DNA of 64,000 bases, from assembly GCA_964504535.1 (NCBI GenBank), contig CAZDED010000005.1, positions 9,411 to 73,410 of the forward strand, given 5' to 3'. The stretch is from an uncultured Gammaproteobacteria bacterium. Its GTDB lineage: Bacteria > Patescibacteriota > Microgenomatia > Levybacterales > GWA1-39-11. Numbering within the stretch: the stretch's first letter is position 1; each line of letters starts with the position of its first letter. The position numbers and the translations under genes are program-made. Below, piece by piece: positions 48,102 through 58,020 of the stretch. Under the pieces are notes generated by a model. It did not search any database and was not told the origin of the DNA. It saw only the letters and a list, made by a program, of their open reading frames with translations.

Positions 48102-48587
48102 ATGACTGCCCAACTGTACACCTCTGTTTTTTATTTCTTGTTTTTATTTTTTGTTGTGCCATTTAGTTTGCTTACTTCTGCAATAGTTAAAACGGGCTTT
48201 TTGACCGGAGTCAACGCTTTTGTTGTTGTTTCTTACTCTATGAATCCGTCAGTTCCTATGGGAAGTGTTATTTATACAAAAAAAGAATCAACCTATAAAA
48301 AAGGGGATATAATTGCCTTTCCGTTAAAAGGTAAAACAATTTCACACAGAGTAGATGATGTTATAAAAATAGGTAGCCAGATTTACTATTCAACGAAAGG
48401 GGATGCAAACGCCATCTCCGATTTTGATTTAGTTGAAAGAGGAAGCATCTTAGGAAGGGCTGTTTTTTTCTTGCCATTTGTAGGTGAAATAATAGTAGCG
48501 CTGAGAAACCAAAATTTAATCCTCTTAGGAGCCGTCTTGCCCACGCTTCTTTTCCTCGGTAGGAAAATAGTACCCCATAGTTTTTGA
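48102..48587 (+). CDS. signal peptidase I (S26 family, SipW/archaeal-type)
   Basis: SYSMNPS Ser box, GDIIAF, and ISHRVDDV His box. Confidence 0.7.
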   Translation: MTAQLYTSVFYFLFLFFVVPFSLLTSAIVKTGFLTGVNAFVVVSYSMNPSVPMGSVIYTKKESTYKKGDIIAFPLKGKTISHRVDDVIKIGSQIYYSTKGDANAISDFDLVERGSILGRAVFFLPFVGEIIVALRNQNLILLGAVLPTLLFLGRKIVPHSF

Positions 48588-48767
48588 TTTTTCCCATTTT
48601 GTGCTATAATAACTTGTTTTTGCCCACCTTTTGGCGTGTTGCATGTCAAAATCAACGGGCTTAGCACGTTAACAAGTTGCTTGATATTTTTTAAGGTTGC
48701 GGCTTTCTGCTAATCTATGGTTGGTAGGAAGCCGTAACCTATATTCTGCGGCAAGGAGACAACAGGG

Positions 48768-49556
48768 ATGACCTACCTTGAGGCTATCACCACGACACTC
48801 AAAAGCGCAACATCTCGCTGGGCAGCGGTAGCGCCCGCTTTCCTCAAGCTGCCCGAAGGGCAGGTCGTCGTCGTCCACGTGCTCATCCGCGGCGAACAGT
48901 TCGTTGGACGAGTATCAATGCCGGCGGAGATCACCAGCCAGGCGCGTGCCATCCAGTCGCTTGGCATTCAGACCCTTGGGTTCTACCGCTTCGATGCGGG
49001 CCTCTGGGAGATGGCTTGGAAATTGCTCCAAGCCATCGACGAGTCCACGAAGAACGCACCCAAGCTGTTCGAAGAAGAGCTTCTCAAGAGGCTGCTTTCA
49101 GAGGGCGTAGTCAGGGATGACCTGATCACGCCGGTTCCCGACGATATGGAGGAGTTCTTCCTTCATCGCGTCGGGACGGAGCAGGCCATCGTTATGGCCT
49201 CCGCCGAGGAGGACATCTTCAACGTTCCCGAGAATCCGCTCGGCCGCCTCATCGCGCCCAAGGGGACAGTGGCCATGTATTGGCCAGCCATCGAGAAGGA
49301 GCGAGATGACGTGCGCAAAGCGCGCGAACAGGACCCCATCCTCGGCACCCCGTTTGTAGTAATCCATCACCACTCCTCGCAAGAGGAGACGGACGAGCGG
49401 ACTAGGAGCCGTTTCCGCCGCAACCGCGTCACCACCGAGACCGAGCCGGTTCCCGGAATGGGAGCATCGGAGAGCAAGGATCGTGGTGAGCCTTCCTACG
49501 TTCCGGCCGGTCTCGCAAGGACCCGCCGCGGTCAAGCCGGTCAAGACCTCGGCTAA
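48768..49556 (+). CDS. hypothetical protein (262 aa), GC-rich island F
   Basis: AAGGAG before the ATG. High GC3. Followed by a strong terminator. Confidence 0.6.
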   Translation: MTYLEAITTTLKSATSRWAAVAPAFLKLPEGQVVVVHVLIRGEQFVGRVSMPAEITSQARAIQSLGIQTLGFYRFDAGLWEMAWKLLQAIDESTKNAPKLFEEELLKRLLSEGVVRDDLITPVPDDMEEFFLHRVGTEQAIVMASAEEDIFNVPENPLGRLIAPKGTVAMYWPAIEKERDDVRKAREQDPILGTPFVVIHHHSSQEETDERTRSRFRRNRVTTETEPVPGMGASESKDRGEPSYVPAGLARTRRGQAGQDLG

Positions 49557-49585
49557 CAAGCCGACGCACATCAAGCAACTCCCGT

Positions 49586-49620
49586 CCCCCGATTGCAGAA
49601 ACGCAACCGGGGGACTTTTC
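49586..49620 (+). terminator. Rho-independent terminator cccccgattgc-agaaac-gcaaccggggg + acttttcc
   Basis: 11-bp stem with one mismatch, plus a U-tract. Confidence 0.7.
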
Positions 49621-49632
49621 CTACGCTAAAGC

Positions 49633-50469
49633 TTGAGCTTTGAACGTATTTTTGGTACAGTGGGTATCAAATATATGCAAAGCATTTCCCCAAAATTTCA
49701 ACGTAAAAGAATTATCATAACAATTACGGTTCTTATCATTCTTTCAATTCTTATTTTTATGAACAGACTTTCCGGTCCTGTTTTGTTTTTGGAAGGTTTA
49801 GTTCAGTCTATCTTTGAGGTTCCAAAGAGTATCATGTATTCACTGGGAAAAAAAGAGAATGATCAAAAGATACTACAGCTTACTAAAAAAAATCGCGAAT
49901 TAGAGCAAAAATTAGTCGAGTATCAAATAATTAGAAACGATAACAATGCGCTTCGTAGTCAGTTCAATATAAGTTCGGATACCTCTCAAAGTCTTGTTGC
50001 CACAAAAATAATTGGATTTCAGGGAGAGAGCAAACTTCCTTCCGAATTTATTATCAATGCTGGAAAAAAGCATGGTATTAAAAAAGGAATGACGGTAATT
50101 TTTGAAAAATATCTCATTGGGAAAGTAGAAACGGTTGGTCAGAATTATTCGGTGGTCACAACACCTGTGAGTCCCAAGTTTAGAGTTTTGGCAAAACTTC
50201 CCGAAACAAACGCTAATGGACTCTTGATTGGAAGAAGTGATTTTATGTTATTTGATGGAGTTGTTATAACAGACACTCTGAAAAATAATGGAATTATCGT
50301 AACAAAAGGAGAGGTCGGGCGCGATGGGATAGGTGTTGTCCCGGATATGATTATCGGAAAAATAACTTCTATCTCAAAAAACGAAACCTCGCCATTTCAA
50401 AGTGCTGAGATCATGCCAATTATTGATTATTCAAAACTCGTGGATGTATTTGTTATCTCTCAAATGTGA
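49633..50469 (+). CDS. mreC: rod shape-determining protein MreC
   Basis: N-terminal TM helix and coiled coil (NRELEQKLVEYQ). The C-terminal beta domain follows. Confidence 0.7.
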   Translation: MSFERIFGTVGIKYMQSISPKFQRKRIIITITVLIILSILIFMNRLSGPVLFLEGLVQSIFEVPKSIMYSLGKKENDQKILQLTKKNRELEQKLVEYQIIRNDNNALRSQFNISSDTSQSLVATKIIGFQGESKLPSEFIINAGKKHGIKKGMTVIFEKYLIGKVETVGQNYSVVTTPVSPKFRVLAKLPETNANGLLIGRSDFMLFDGVVITDTLKNNGIIVTKGEVGRDGIGVVPDMIIGKITSISKNETSPFQSAEIMPIIDYSKLVDVFVISQM

Positions 50470-50888
50470 AGAACTATCAATTAGCATTTCTCATAATTAT
50501 TCTTTGTAGTGTTGCTCTAATGCTTGAAACAACCGTTATAAATTTCCCTGCGGTTTTTTTGATCGGTTCAGTTTTGGCTATTTTAGTAAAACGTACACCA
50601 ATGCTTATTGGAGTCTTTATTCTCAGTTTTATTATAGATGCACTGCGAGTATCGAATTTTGGGATTACAGCACTTTTTATACTGGGCACGCTTTCAATAG
50701 TCTTGCTTTATGAGAAATATTCTGGCTCAGATGACTTACTGGTAGCGTCTTTTGTCATTGCAGTTATGTTATTTTTGTATGCTCATTTTCTACTATACTC
50801 AACAACATTGATTGTTATATTTTTTGGGCTTTCATTTTTAACTCTATATATCGTTAGCATTTTAAAAAAGAAAGGAAAATTATTATGA
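50466..50888 (+). CDS. mreD: rod shape-determining protein MreD-like membrane protein
   Basis: 140 aa with 4-5 TM helices, overlapping mreC by 4 nt and preceding PBP2. Confidence 0.5.
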   Translation: MKNYQLAFLIIILCSVALMLETTVINFPAVFLIGSVLAILVKRTPMLIGVFILSFIIDALRVSNFGITALFILGTLSIVLLYEKYSGSDDLLVASFVIAVMLFLYAHFLLYSTTLIVIFFGLSFLTLYIVSILKKKGKLL

Positions 50889-52660
50889 AGAGAAGACACA
50901 GACCTATAGGCCATGCATTTTCAGATCATGTGTTTGAAGAACATTTGAAAAGAAAACGTGGATTTTCAGGTTCAAGACTTGAAGGGTTTGGTAGATTTAT
51001 TCCTCTTCTTATTCTTTCTCTTGTTTTTGCACTGCTTGCAATGCGTCTTTTTACATTACAGGTAGTGCGAGCTTCATATTACTCAAGATTATCTGATGCA
51101 AATAGAATACGTACGGAGTTAATAACGGCACCCCGTGGCATAATTTTTGACAGGAATGGGGAGGCATTGGTGCGCAACATTCCAGCATTTGGGACTATAA
51201 AAAATAATAAAGTAGAGTGGTTGGATAGGGACGTTGCTTTGAAGATGGCATCCAATGGAACAAGCGTTCTTGCAATTGTAAAAAGAGATTATTTATATAA
51301 AGACATTTTCTCACACGTCATAGGATATGTAGGACAAGTTAATAGTGATGAATTATTACTTCCTGATTTTAGTGATTATGGAATATCAGATTTTACGGGG
51401 AGGATGGGTCTTGAGGAACAGTATGAAAAATTTCTTCATGGGCAAAATGGAAAACAATTATATGAAGTGAATGCAAAAGGTGAGCGTATACGGCTTTTGG
51501 GTGAAGAGGAGGCAAGACAAGGAGCGGTTCTCAAAACCACTCTTGATGTCGGTCTTCAGAAGGCTGCAGCAAAAGCGATGGAAAAGATAGATAAGGGCGC
51601 TGTTGTAGTTACCGACCCGCGAGATGGATCTGTGATGGCTCTTTATTCAAAACCATCTTTTGATCCTAATTTATTTACAAGAGAACCATCATACAAACCT
51701 GAAGGAGCATATCAGAAGAAAGAAGATATTTTGCTTGATGATGAAAAATTTCCTCTTCTTGACCGAGTTATTGCGGGAGTATATCCACCCGGTTCCACTT
51801 TCAAAATTGTTACTTCCCTTGCTGCACTTTCATCAAATGCCATAAAGCCGGAGACAGAATTTGAAGACACCGGAATACTATCTATTGGAGGAAGTAATTT
51901 CGGTACGTGGAATTACTTGGAAACAGGAAGAAAAGAAGGATTTATGAATGTTGAGCGTGCGCTTGTCCGATCAAATGACATCTTCTTTTACGATGCAGCC
52001 ATGAAAACGGGGATTGATACATTGTCATCATGGTCAAAAAAATTAGGTCTTGGGGAAAAAACAGGTATTGATATACCGGGAGAAGTAAAAGGCACGGTTC
52101 CAAATCCTGCTTGGAAAAAAGAAGAGATTGGGGAGCAGTGGTATCTTGGTGACACAATCAACATGAGTATCGGACAAGGCTTTTTGGAAACGACACCAAT
52201 GCAGGTTAACCTATACACACAATTGGTTGCTAATGGAGGTGAGTTGATAAAACCACACTTGTTGTTTGGGGATGTAAGAATTATTAAAAAAGATTTTATA
52301 GCGAAAGAAAATATTGATGTTGTAAAAAATGGCATGAGGGGTGCTTGTGAGCCAGGTGGTACAGGATACCCACTATTTGGATTTAAAGTAAAAAATGAGC
52401 GATTGAAAATTGATGACCTTGATTATGTAAGAGATGCATCAGCAGGAGCTAATTTTGTACATGTCACAATGGGTTGTAAGACCGGAACTTCTGAGGCACA
52501 TGGAGACAATGCGAAGTCTCATGCATGGTTTACCGTATTTGCTCCTTTCTATAATCCGGAAATTGCAATAACGGTTCTTGCAGAAAATGCAGGACAGGGT
52601 AGTGATATTGCAGCCCCCGTTGCTCGCGATATCTTAAAGGAATATTTTGAGAAAAAATAG
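50885..52660 (+). CDS. mrdA: penicillin-binding protein 2 (class B transpeptidase)
   Basis: STFK, SxN (SNDIFF) and KTGT boxes. Confidence 0.85.
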   Translation: MKRRHRPIGHAFSDHVFEEHLKRKRGFSGSRLEGFGRFIPLLILSLVFALLAMRLFTLQVVRASYYSRLSDANRIRTELITAPRGIIFDRNGEALVRNIPAFGTIKNNKVEWLDRDVALKMASNGTSVLAIVKRDYLYKDIFSHVIGYVGQVNSDELLLPDFSDYGISDFTGRMGLEEQYEKFLHGQNGKQLYEVNAKGERIRLLGEEEARQGAVLKTTLDVGLQKAAAKAMEKIDKGAVVVTDPRDGSVMALYSKPSFDPNLFTREPSYKPEGAYQKKEDILLDDEKFPLLDRVIAGVYPPGSTFKIVTSLAALSSNAIKPETEFEDTGILSIGGSNFGTWNYLETGRKEGFMNVERALVRSNDIFFYDAAMKTGIDTLSSWSKKLGLGEKTGIDIPGEVKGTVPNPAWKKEEIGEQWYLGDTINMSIGQGFLETTPMQVNLYTQLVANGGELIKPHLLFGDVRIIKKDFIAKENIDVVKNGMRGACEPGGTGYPLFGFKVKNERLKIDDLDYVRDASAGANFVHVTMGCKTGTSEAHGDNAKSHAWFTVFAPFYNPEIAITVLAENAGQGSDIAAPVARDILKEYFEKK

Positions 52661-52702
52661 GCCTTGAATATACACATCTTCTGCTTTATATTCTAGAAAG
52701 AA

Positions 52703-54124
52703 ATGTTAAGAAATCTTGAATCCTCAATGCAAACTGCTCAAAACGGATATGGATCTCCTGACATAATTGATACTGGTCCCTTTATTCCACCAAACGACCA
52801 AATTGGACTATTTGAAGAAGAGCTTCTTCCTTTTTCTCATCGAATTCCTGAAGCACAGCAAGAGACTTTAAGCCTCCAGTTAGAGGGAGTTGAAGCTGAA
52901 AAAGAGGGCAATGTGCAGCAAGGTGAATTTGAGAGACATGATCTTTCGGAATTAAATACAGTTGTACAACAACGAAAAATTTATGACGACATAGATATTT
53001 TGGCAAATAATATTAAAGAAGAAGGACTATTGATTCACCCCCTATTAGTTGCAAGGTATACATCGGAAGAGCAAGCACACGCATATTTAGTTGCTGCTTA
53101 TGGAACTGTTGGCAAAAAAATCCCACCGAATGAAAGAAGAAGGCTCGTTGATTTAAGACAATCAACTTATGATGGAAAACCTTGTTGGTACATTGTAATT
53201 GCAGGACACAGAAGACTAAGAGCTTTAGAAATGTTGGAGGAGGAAAGCTCAGTGGTTCAAGTCTTTGATAATATGCATCCATTAAGAGCTCTTAAAGTGC
53301 AGGTTTCTGAAAATACTTCAAAGCTCCCAAAAGATTTTGAAAGAGCTGAGCAAAATGGAGATCTTTGGTCTGTTGATAAAGCACTGGATCCGAAGTTAAC
53401 TGTTGAACAATTTGCAAAAAGAGTTGGACATAGACCAGAAGTAATTAGACGCGATCTTTTATATTATAGTCTTCCCGACGAGTTAAAAAATCTCGTTGTA
53501 CCACAAGGACAAGAAGATACAGGTCATGGAAACACGAAAGTAGTATCGCAATCGCTTATGCCATTTCGGGTTGCTAGTCAACTTGGGAGAATGGTAGAAA
53601 AGGGGGTGCCAAAGCATGATGTGCTTTTCTTGGCACGAAGATTTTGGGATGAGGGACTATCTAGCGAAGAAGCTGCAAGTAAAAGAGTGAGCGAATATTT
53701 AAAAGCATTTGAGCAAGGAAATCTGAGTATGGATAGTCTTTTCAACATTAAAGCCGAAGAAACTGCAAAGTTACAAAATAACAGAGAGGCTGGAAAAAGA
53801 TTTGTTGACCCATTTAATTCTGCCATAAGATATTTTATGCAAGTCGCAAAGGCAAAAGCATACGGTTTGCCAACAGATCAGGACGGTATTTCTTATAGAT
53901 CGGCAGCAACGCGTATGAGAATATTAACATTGGTAGTTAGAGATTTGATACCGGAAATGAGATCACATTTAACAAAAGAAGGTAAAGAAGAGATTGCAAG
54001 GACGATGGCAGAATGGGAAGAATTGGCTAAAGAGTATGGTGGTATAGGTTCAGGTGTAGGGATAGCAAACGATGCAATGGAAATATATCTGAATAAAGAA
54101 TTCAAGCTAGAGGATGCTCAATAA
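52703..54124 (+). CDS. ParB/Sulfiredoxin-domain protein (473 aa) with HTH, no adjacent parA
   Basis: The ParB N-domain arginine patch YIVIAGHRRLRAL. HTH LTVEQFAKRVGHRPEVIRRDL. Confidence 0.6.
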   Translation: MLRNLESSMQTAQNGYGSPDIIDTGPFIPPNDQIGLFEEELLPFSHRIPEAQQETLSLQLEGVEAEKEGNVQQGEFERHDLSELNTVVQQRKIYDDIDILANNIKEEGLLIHPLLVARYTSEEQAHAYLVAAYGTVGKKIPPNERRRLVDLRQSTYDGKPCWYIVIAGHRRLRALEMLEEESSVVQVFDNMHPLRALKVQVSENTSKLPKDFERAEQNGDLWSVDKALDPKLTVEQFAKRVGHRPEVIRRDLLYYSLPDELKNLVVPQGQEDTGHGNTKVVSQSLMPFRVASQLGRMVEKGVPKHDVLFLARRFWDEGLSSEEAASKRVSEYLKAFEQGNLSMDSLFNIKAEETAKLQNNREAGKRFVDPFNSAIRYFMQVAKAKAYGLPTDQDGISYRSAATRMRILTLVVRDLIPEMRSHLTKEGKEEIARTMAEWEELAKEYGGIGSGVGIANDAMEIYLNKEFKLEDAQ

Positions 54125-54684
54125 AATTTAGCGGTTCCAATAATATCATCTAATAATTTCTTATTTCCAAAAACTTCATCAGCATTATCTGCAAAAATTG
54201 CGAAATTATAAATATAGTTACCATTCTTAAACAAATTGTAATAGTAATACGCGTCTGCTTTTTCTTCGAGGTTTGAAATTCTTATTCCTTCCATTGTTCC
54301 AAGTTTTATCTTTTGCCGGTTGTAGTTTTTGATGTGTAAATTTTTATCAACAAATTGATCGATTGTTCCTTCAAATTTCCATCCATTTGCTTCAAAGTAA
54401 ACATTATAGGAATTAGGATCTGACGTTTTTTTTGATTTTTTGTTTGCCTCTAACTGCTTTAGAGTAATGTCAATTGGACCAGTAGAATCAACCTTGAAAT
54501 TACTAAGTAGCCCTTCTGGGTATTTAAAGGAGAAGTGATATTGGGAATTTTTGTATTCTTTCCATCCGGAAGTTACGTTAGCATCCTCCTGTGGTATAAC
54601 AATTGGTTTTTCTGATCTTAAGAAAGGAGCAAGGAACAACAAAATCCCAAGTGTGATTAGAGCGGCTGCAATTGATTTTTTCAC
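54118..54684 (-). CDS. secreted/membrane-anchored hypothetical protein (188 aa)
   Basis: N-terminal signal/TM MKKSIAAALITLGILLFLAPFL. Confidence 0.45.
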   Translation of the reverse strand: MKKSIAAALITLGILLFLAPFLRSEKPIVIPQEDANVTSGWKEYKNSQYHFSFKYPEGLLSNFKVDSTGPIDITLKQLEANKKSKKTSDPNSYNVYFEANGWKFEGTIDQFVDKNLHIKNYNRQKIKLGTMEGIRISNLEEKADAYYYYNLFKNGNYIYNFAIFADNADEVFGNKKLLDDIIGTAKFY

Positions 54685-54830
54685 TTTAGGAAAACCGGAG
54701 AAATGCCCAAATCAAAAAAGCAACAATAAAACCAAAGCCGGCAATAATTATATTTAGCAATTTATTTTTAAACATGACAACAATTAAAAGTATGAAACTA
54801 ATTTTTCTTGCTGTCAAATGATACTATGAA

Positions 54831-55943
54831 ATGATGTTGGATAAATACTCCTTGGGGTTTTCGCTAAGTAATCTTGGGCCAAAAAGTTTTCTAAAATTAA
54901 TCAACGAGTTTGGAGCAGCTGAACGGGCATGGAATGCATCAGAAAAAGAATATGAAAGACTTGGCATTGTAAAAATTACGTATAGGAAGTTCGATGAATT
55001 TCGCAGAACCTATAATAGCATCCAGTATACTGGATGGTTAAAAAAGGAAAAAGTTGAATTCATTGGATTTGGGGATAAGCGTTATCCTACGTCTTTAAAA
55101 AATATAGAAAATCCTCCAATAGGGTTATTTTGTAAAGGAAATCTGACACTTCTGCGTCATCCCGGGCTTGACCCGGGATCCAGTTCATTAAGGATTGGTG
55201 TAGTTGGTACGAGAAGGATAACTCAATATGGAAGGGATGTAACCAGTATGTTGGTTACGGATCTAGTCAAAAATGGAGTAGTAATTGTAAGTGGTCTTGC
55301 GCTCGGTGTTGACGGTCTAGCCCATCATGTAGCGCTTTTAAATCATGGGTATGCGATTGCAGTACTGGCGTGCGGAGTTGACTGTTGTCTGCCATCAGAA
55401 AATTACAATTTATATTCTCAGATATTGCAGCAAAATGGACTTATAATTTCTGAGTATCCGCTGTCACAACCTCCCAACAAAGGAACTTTTTTGGCCCGAA
55501 ATAGAATAGTGGCAGCAATTTCTGACGGATTACTTATAACAGAAGCAGCGGAGGGGAGTGGTTCATTAGTTACTGCTGAGTATTCGTTGCAGTATGGAAA
55601 AAAAGTATTTGCTGTTCCAGGACAGATAACATCCAGGATGTCTGATGGGAGTCTTGAGTTATTAAAAAAAGGAGCGACTTTGGTCAGTAATGCTGAAGAC
55701 ATCCTTGCGAAATTCGAAATACGAAATTCGAAATCCGAAACAAACATCAAATCTCAAATAAAAAAACTTAAACTATCAAAAGAAGAGGAGAAGATAGTTT
55801 TGTTGATTGAAAATGAAGGACTCACTATTGATGAAATTGCAAGAGAATCTAAATTGCCCATCTCTAAAATATTTATTTTGATATCCAATCTAGAACTGTC
55901 TGGGGTAGTGAAGAATAGTGGAGGAAAGATCTCAATTAAATAG
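54831..55943 (+). CDS. dprA: DNA processing protein DprA (Smf)
   Basis: Rossmann core GVVGTRRITQYGRDV...IVSGLALGVDGLAHHVALL. Confidence 0.8.
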   Translation: MMLDKYSLGFSLSNLGPKSFLKLINEFGAAERAWNASEKEYERLGIVKITYRKFDEFRRTYNSIQYTGWLKKEKVEFIGFGDKRYPTSLKNIENPPIGLFCKGNLTLLRHPGLDPGSSSLRIGVVGTRRITQYGRDVTSMLVTDLVKNGVVIVSGLALGVDGLAHHVALLNHGYAIAVLACGVDCCLPSENYNLYSQILQQNGLIISEYPLSQPPNKGTFLARNRIVAAISDGLLITEAAEGSGSLVTAEYSLQYGKKVFAVPGQITSRMSDGSLELLKKGATLVSNAEDILAKFEIRNSKSETNIKSQIKKLKLSKEEEKIVLLIENEGLTIDEIARESKLPISKIFILISNLELSGVVKNSGGKISIK

Positions 55944-57393
55944 CAAGATTGGGTATAGATTTTGTAATACCTGTTTTTTCTTGGAGTATTGCAGGTACGA
56001 GCCAGAGTTGCCCTGCCTTTATCCTTTGAAGAAGAGTTGGGCTTTCCATTACTGCCATCATATGAGATCGTAATTTAGCGCGTGCATTTCGATCGGAAGA
56101 GGAGGTAGATTTCTCAGGAACCGATTCAGAAAGGAAGGCTATATATGGAGATCTCATTTTGCCGATCTTATCTGCAAGTGCAACTTTAGTTTCTAAATGG
56201 GAAACAGAATCCTCATAATTTGCTACATTCGCACCAAAAGATTGAATGCGCGGATCGTTTTGTCCAACTCTCAGGCCATTGGTAGATGAAGAGATATATT
56301 GTTCGTTGTGTGCGGATACTGGTTGATCTCCACCTTGGTACAATCCGGTTGAATATTGTGAGGCTACAGCTCTTGCCTCGAAAAATCTAAAAGCTTGCTT
56401 CTGGTTTTCAGTGTAGCCCGCCATATTTTGATCGATAAAAGATTCTATATATTCTCTAAATGTTTTGCTTTGTCTTAGTAATATCTTCTCAATATTGTAC
56501 ATTGCATACTCTCTGGAGATAAGTGTTGCAGGATCAGTGAAATTATTTCTAAATAGTCCTGGTTGACCTAGTCTCTGAATTGTTTCCAAGTCATCTGATT
56601 TGAGAATCGCTTTTGTCAATTGAGTAGAGCTTAGGGTTTTGACTCCGTCTACAGTAAATCCTGCTGTTCTAGTATCATACATGGCAGTAAGACCTGCATT
56701 TTTAAGTGGTGAATAGCCACGTGCGAGGGCTGATCTATTAAAGGTAGCTCCTACTGCAACACCGGTATTTGCCAACATTTGTCTAAAAGCATCTCTATAT
56801 GATCCATCATTGGGAAGTGAGCCATTGCCAATCATAAGTTCTACTGCAGCGCATGTTATAGAATCTGGCTTATCCGAATCTTCATGTCCTGTACTAAATT
56901 GTAAAATTTCAGAGCTTTCTTTAAGCGGCCTATCTCCAATTGACTCAATAATTCTTGGGTTTGCTAATTCTAGTTCTCCATCTAGCGGGGAGCGGGTAAC
57001 CGGTACAAGACCAGCCTTAGTTTCTGAAATATCAAATACAGGACTACCTACAAGCACTGGGACAAGTCTTCCGTCGATACAAATAAATATACCAATCGAG
57101 CAAATTCCCCTCAGTTCTTTTTTTTGGCGTTGCGATATTGATTGAAATTCAGGTGACGAAACATATCTTGCGGAAATGTCGCTCGAATTTAAAAATTCAG
57201 CTGCACTTTCCTCAACAGCTTCAACTATTTCAAGTGATGTTGTGGAGGGATCTGCAAAGGGTATTAGTCTGTTGTGATGTGAAGACAAATACGACTGAAG
57301 ATCTTTACGATATGGTTGAAATTTGTTCTCTTCTGATTCACTGCCGAAAAATGAGCCAGGTGAATCTTGCGGTGCTCTTTCAAATTCAAACAT
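55936..57393 (-). CDS. hypothetical protein (485 aa), no recognisable domain
   Basis: A long ORF with host-type codon usage. Confidence 0.5.
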   Translation of the reverse strand: MFEFERAPQDSPGSFFGSESEENKFQPYRKDLQSYLSSHHNRLIPFADPSTTSLEIVEAVEESAAEFLNSSDISARYVSSPEFQSISQRQKKELRGICSIGIFICIDGRLVPVLVGSPVFDISETKAGLVPVTRSPLDGELELANPRIIESIGDRPLKESSEILQFSTGHEDSDKPDSITCAAVELMIGNGSLPNDGSYRDAFRQMLANTGVAVGATFNRSALARGYSPLKNAGLTAMYDTRTAGFTVDGVKTLSSTQLTKAILKSDDLETIQRLGQPGLFRNNFTDPATLISREYAMYNIEKILLRQSKTFREYIESFIDQNMAGYTENQKQAFRFFEARAVASQYSTGLYQGGDQPVSAHNEQYISSSTNGLRVGQNDPRIQSFGANVANYEDSVSHLETKVALADKIGKMRSPYIAFLSESVPEKSTSSSDRNARAKLRSHMMAVMESPTLLQRIKAGQLWLVPAILQEKTGITKSIPNLAI

Positions 57394-57484
57394 AGAGAGA
57401 TATTATAGGACTATGCATCCAAAGTTTCAATAGTTTAATTAATTATTATTGCAAAATGTAAATTATTTACTATAATACTCAAAT

Positions 57485-57889
57485 ATGTCTCAAGTTGATG
57501 ATACGTTTTTTACTTCAGTTGGGTGCATGGATGGACGTGTTCAAAATGCAGTTAACAGTTATGCTTCCTTAGTTTTTGGAGCCGAGTATCCCGATACTGT
57601 AACAAAAGCTGGATTAGATGGGTTGCTTGCTCATGACGAACTAGATCAAAACGAGCATGACTCTATTGAAAAAATGATTATGGTTTCAGTTGATAAGCAC
57701 AAAAGTGTCGGAATTGTTGTACATGGGCATGAACATTGTGCAGGAAATCCAGTGGAAGAAAAACAACATAAAATCGATATCAAAAAGTCTGTTTTGAAAG
57801 TAAAAAAAATGTTGAAAGGAAAAAAAGTAGAGGTAAAGGGAGTTTATATAAGACTTAGTCCGAGAGTCAGAATCATAGATGTTGTTTGA
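57485..57889 (+). CDS. beta-carbonic anhydrase-like protein (short, 134 aa)
   Basis: Zinc-ligand motifs CMDGR (CxDxR) and HEHCAG (HxxCG). Confidence 0.5.
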   Translation: MSQVDDTFFTSVGCMDGRVQNAVNSYASLVFGAEYPDTVTKAGLDGLLAHDELDQNEHDSIEKMIMVSVDKHKSVGIVVHGHEHCAGNPVEEKQHKIDIKKSVLKVKKMLKGKKVEVKGVYIRLSPRVRIIDVV

Positions 57890-57987
57890 TTTCTTGATTT
57901 TGAGCTAGATATCTGTTAAACTACTACTTAGATCCAAAGACAGCTGGCGCAAAAGAAGTCCAGCCGAGGAGAACATAAGTTTTCAAA

Positions 57988-58012
57988 CGTCGATGGATCG
58001 GCGTTTTTTTTT
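57988..58012 (+). promoter_or_regulatory. rplJ leader hairpin + U9 (attenuator/terminator-like) immediately upstream of rplJ
   Basis: gtcgat-gg-atcggc followed by ttttttttt, 9 nt before the rplJ start. Confidence 0.45.
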
Positions 58013-58020
58013 GGTCAAAT

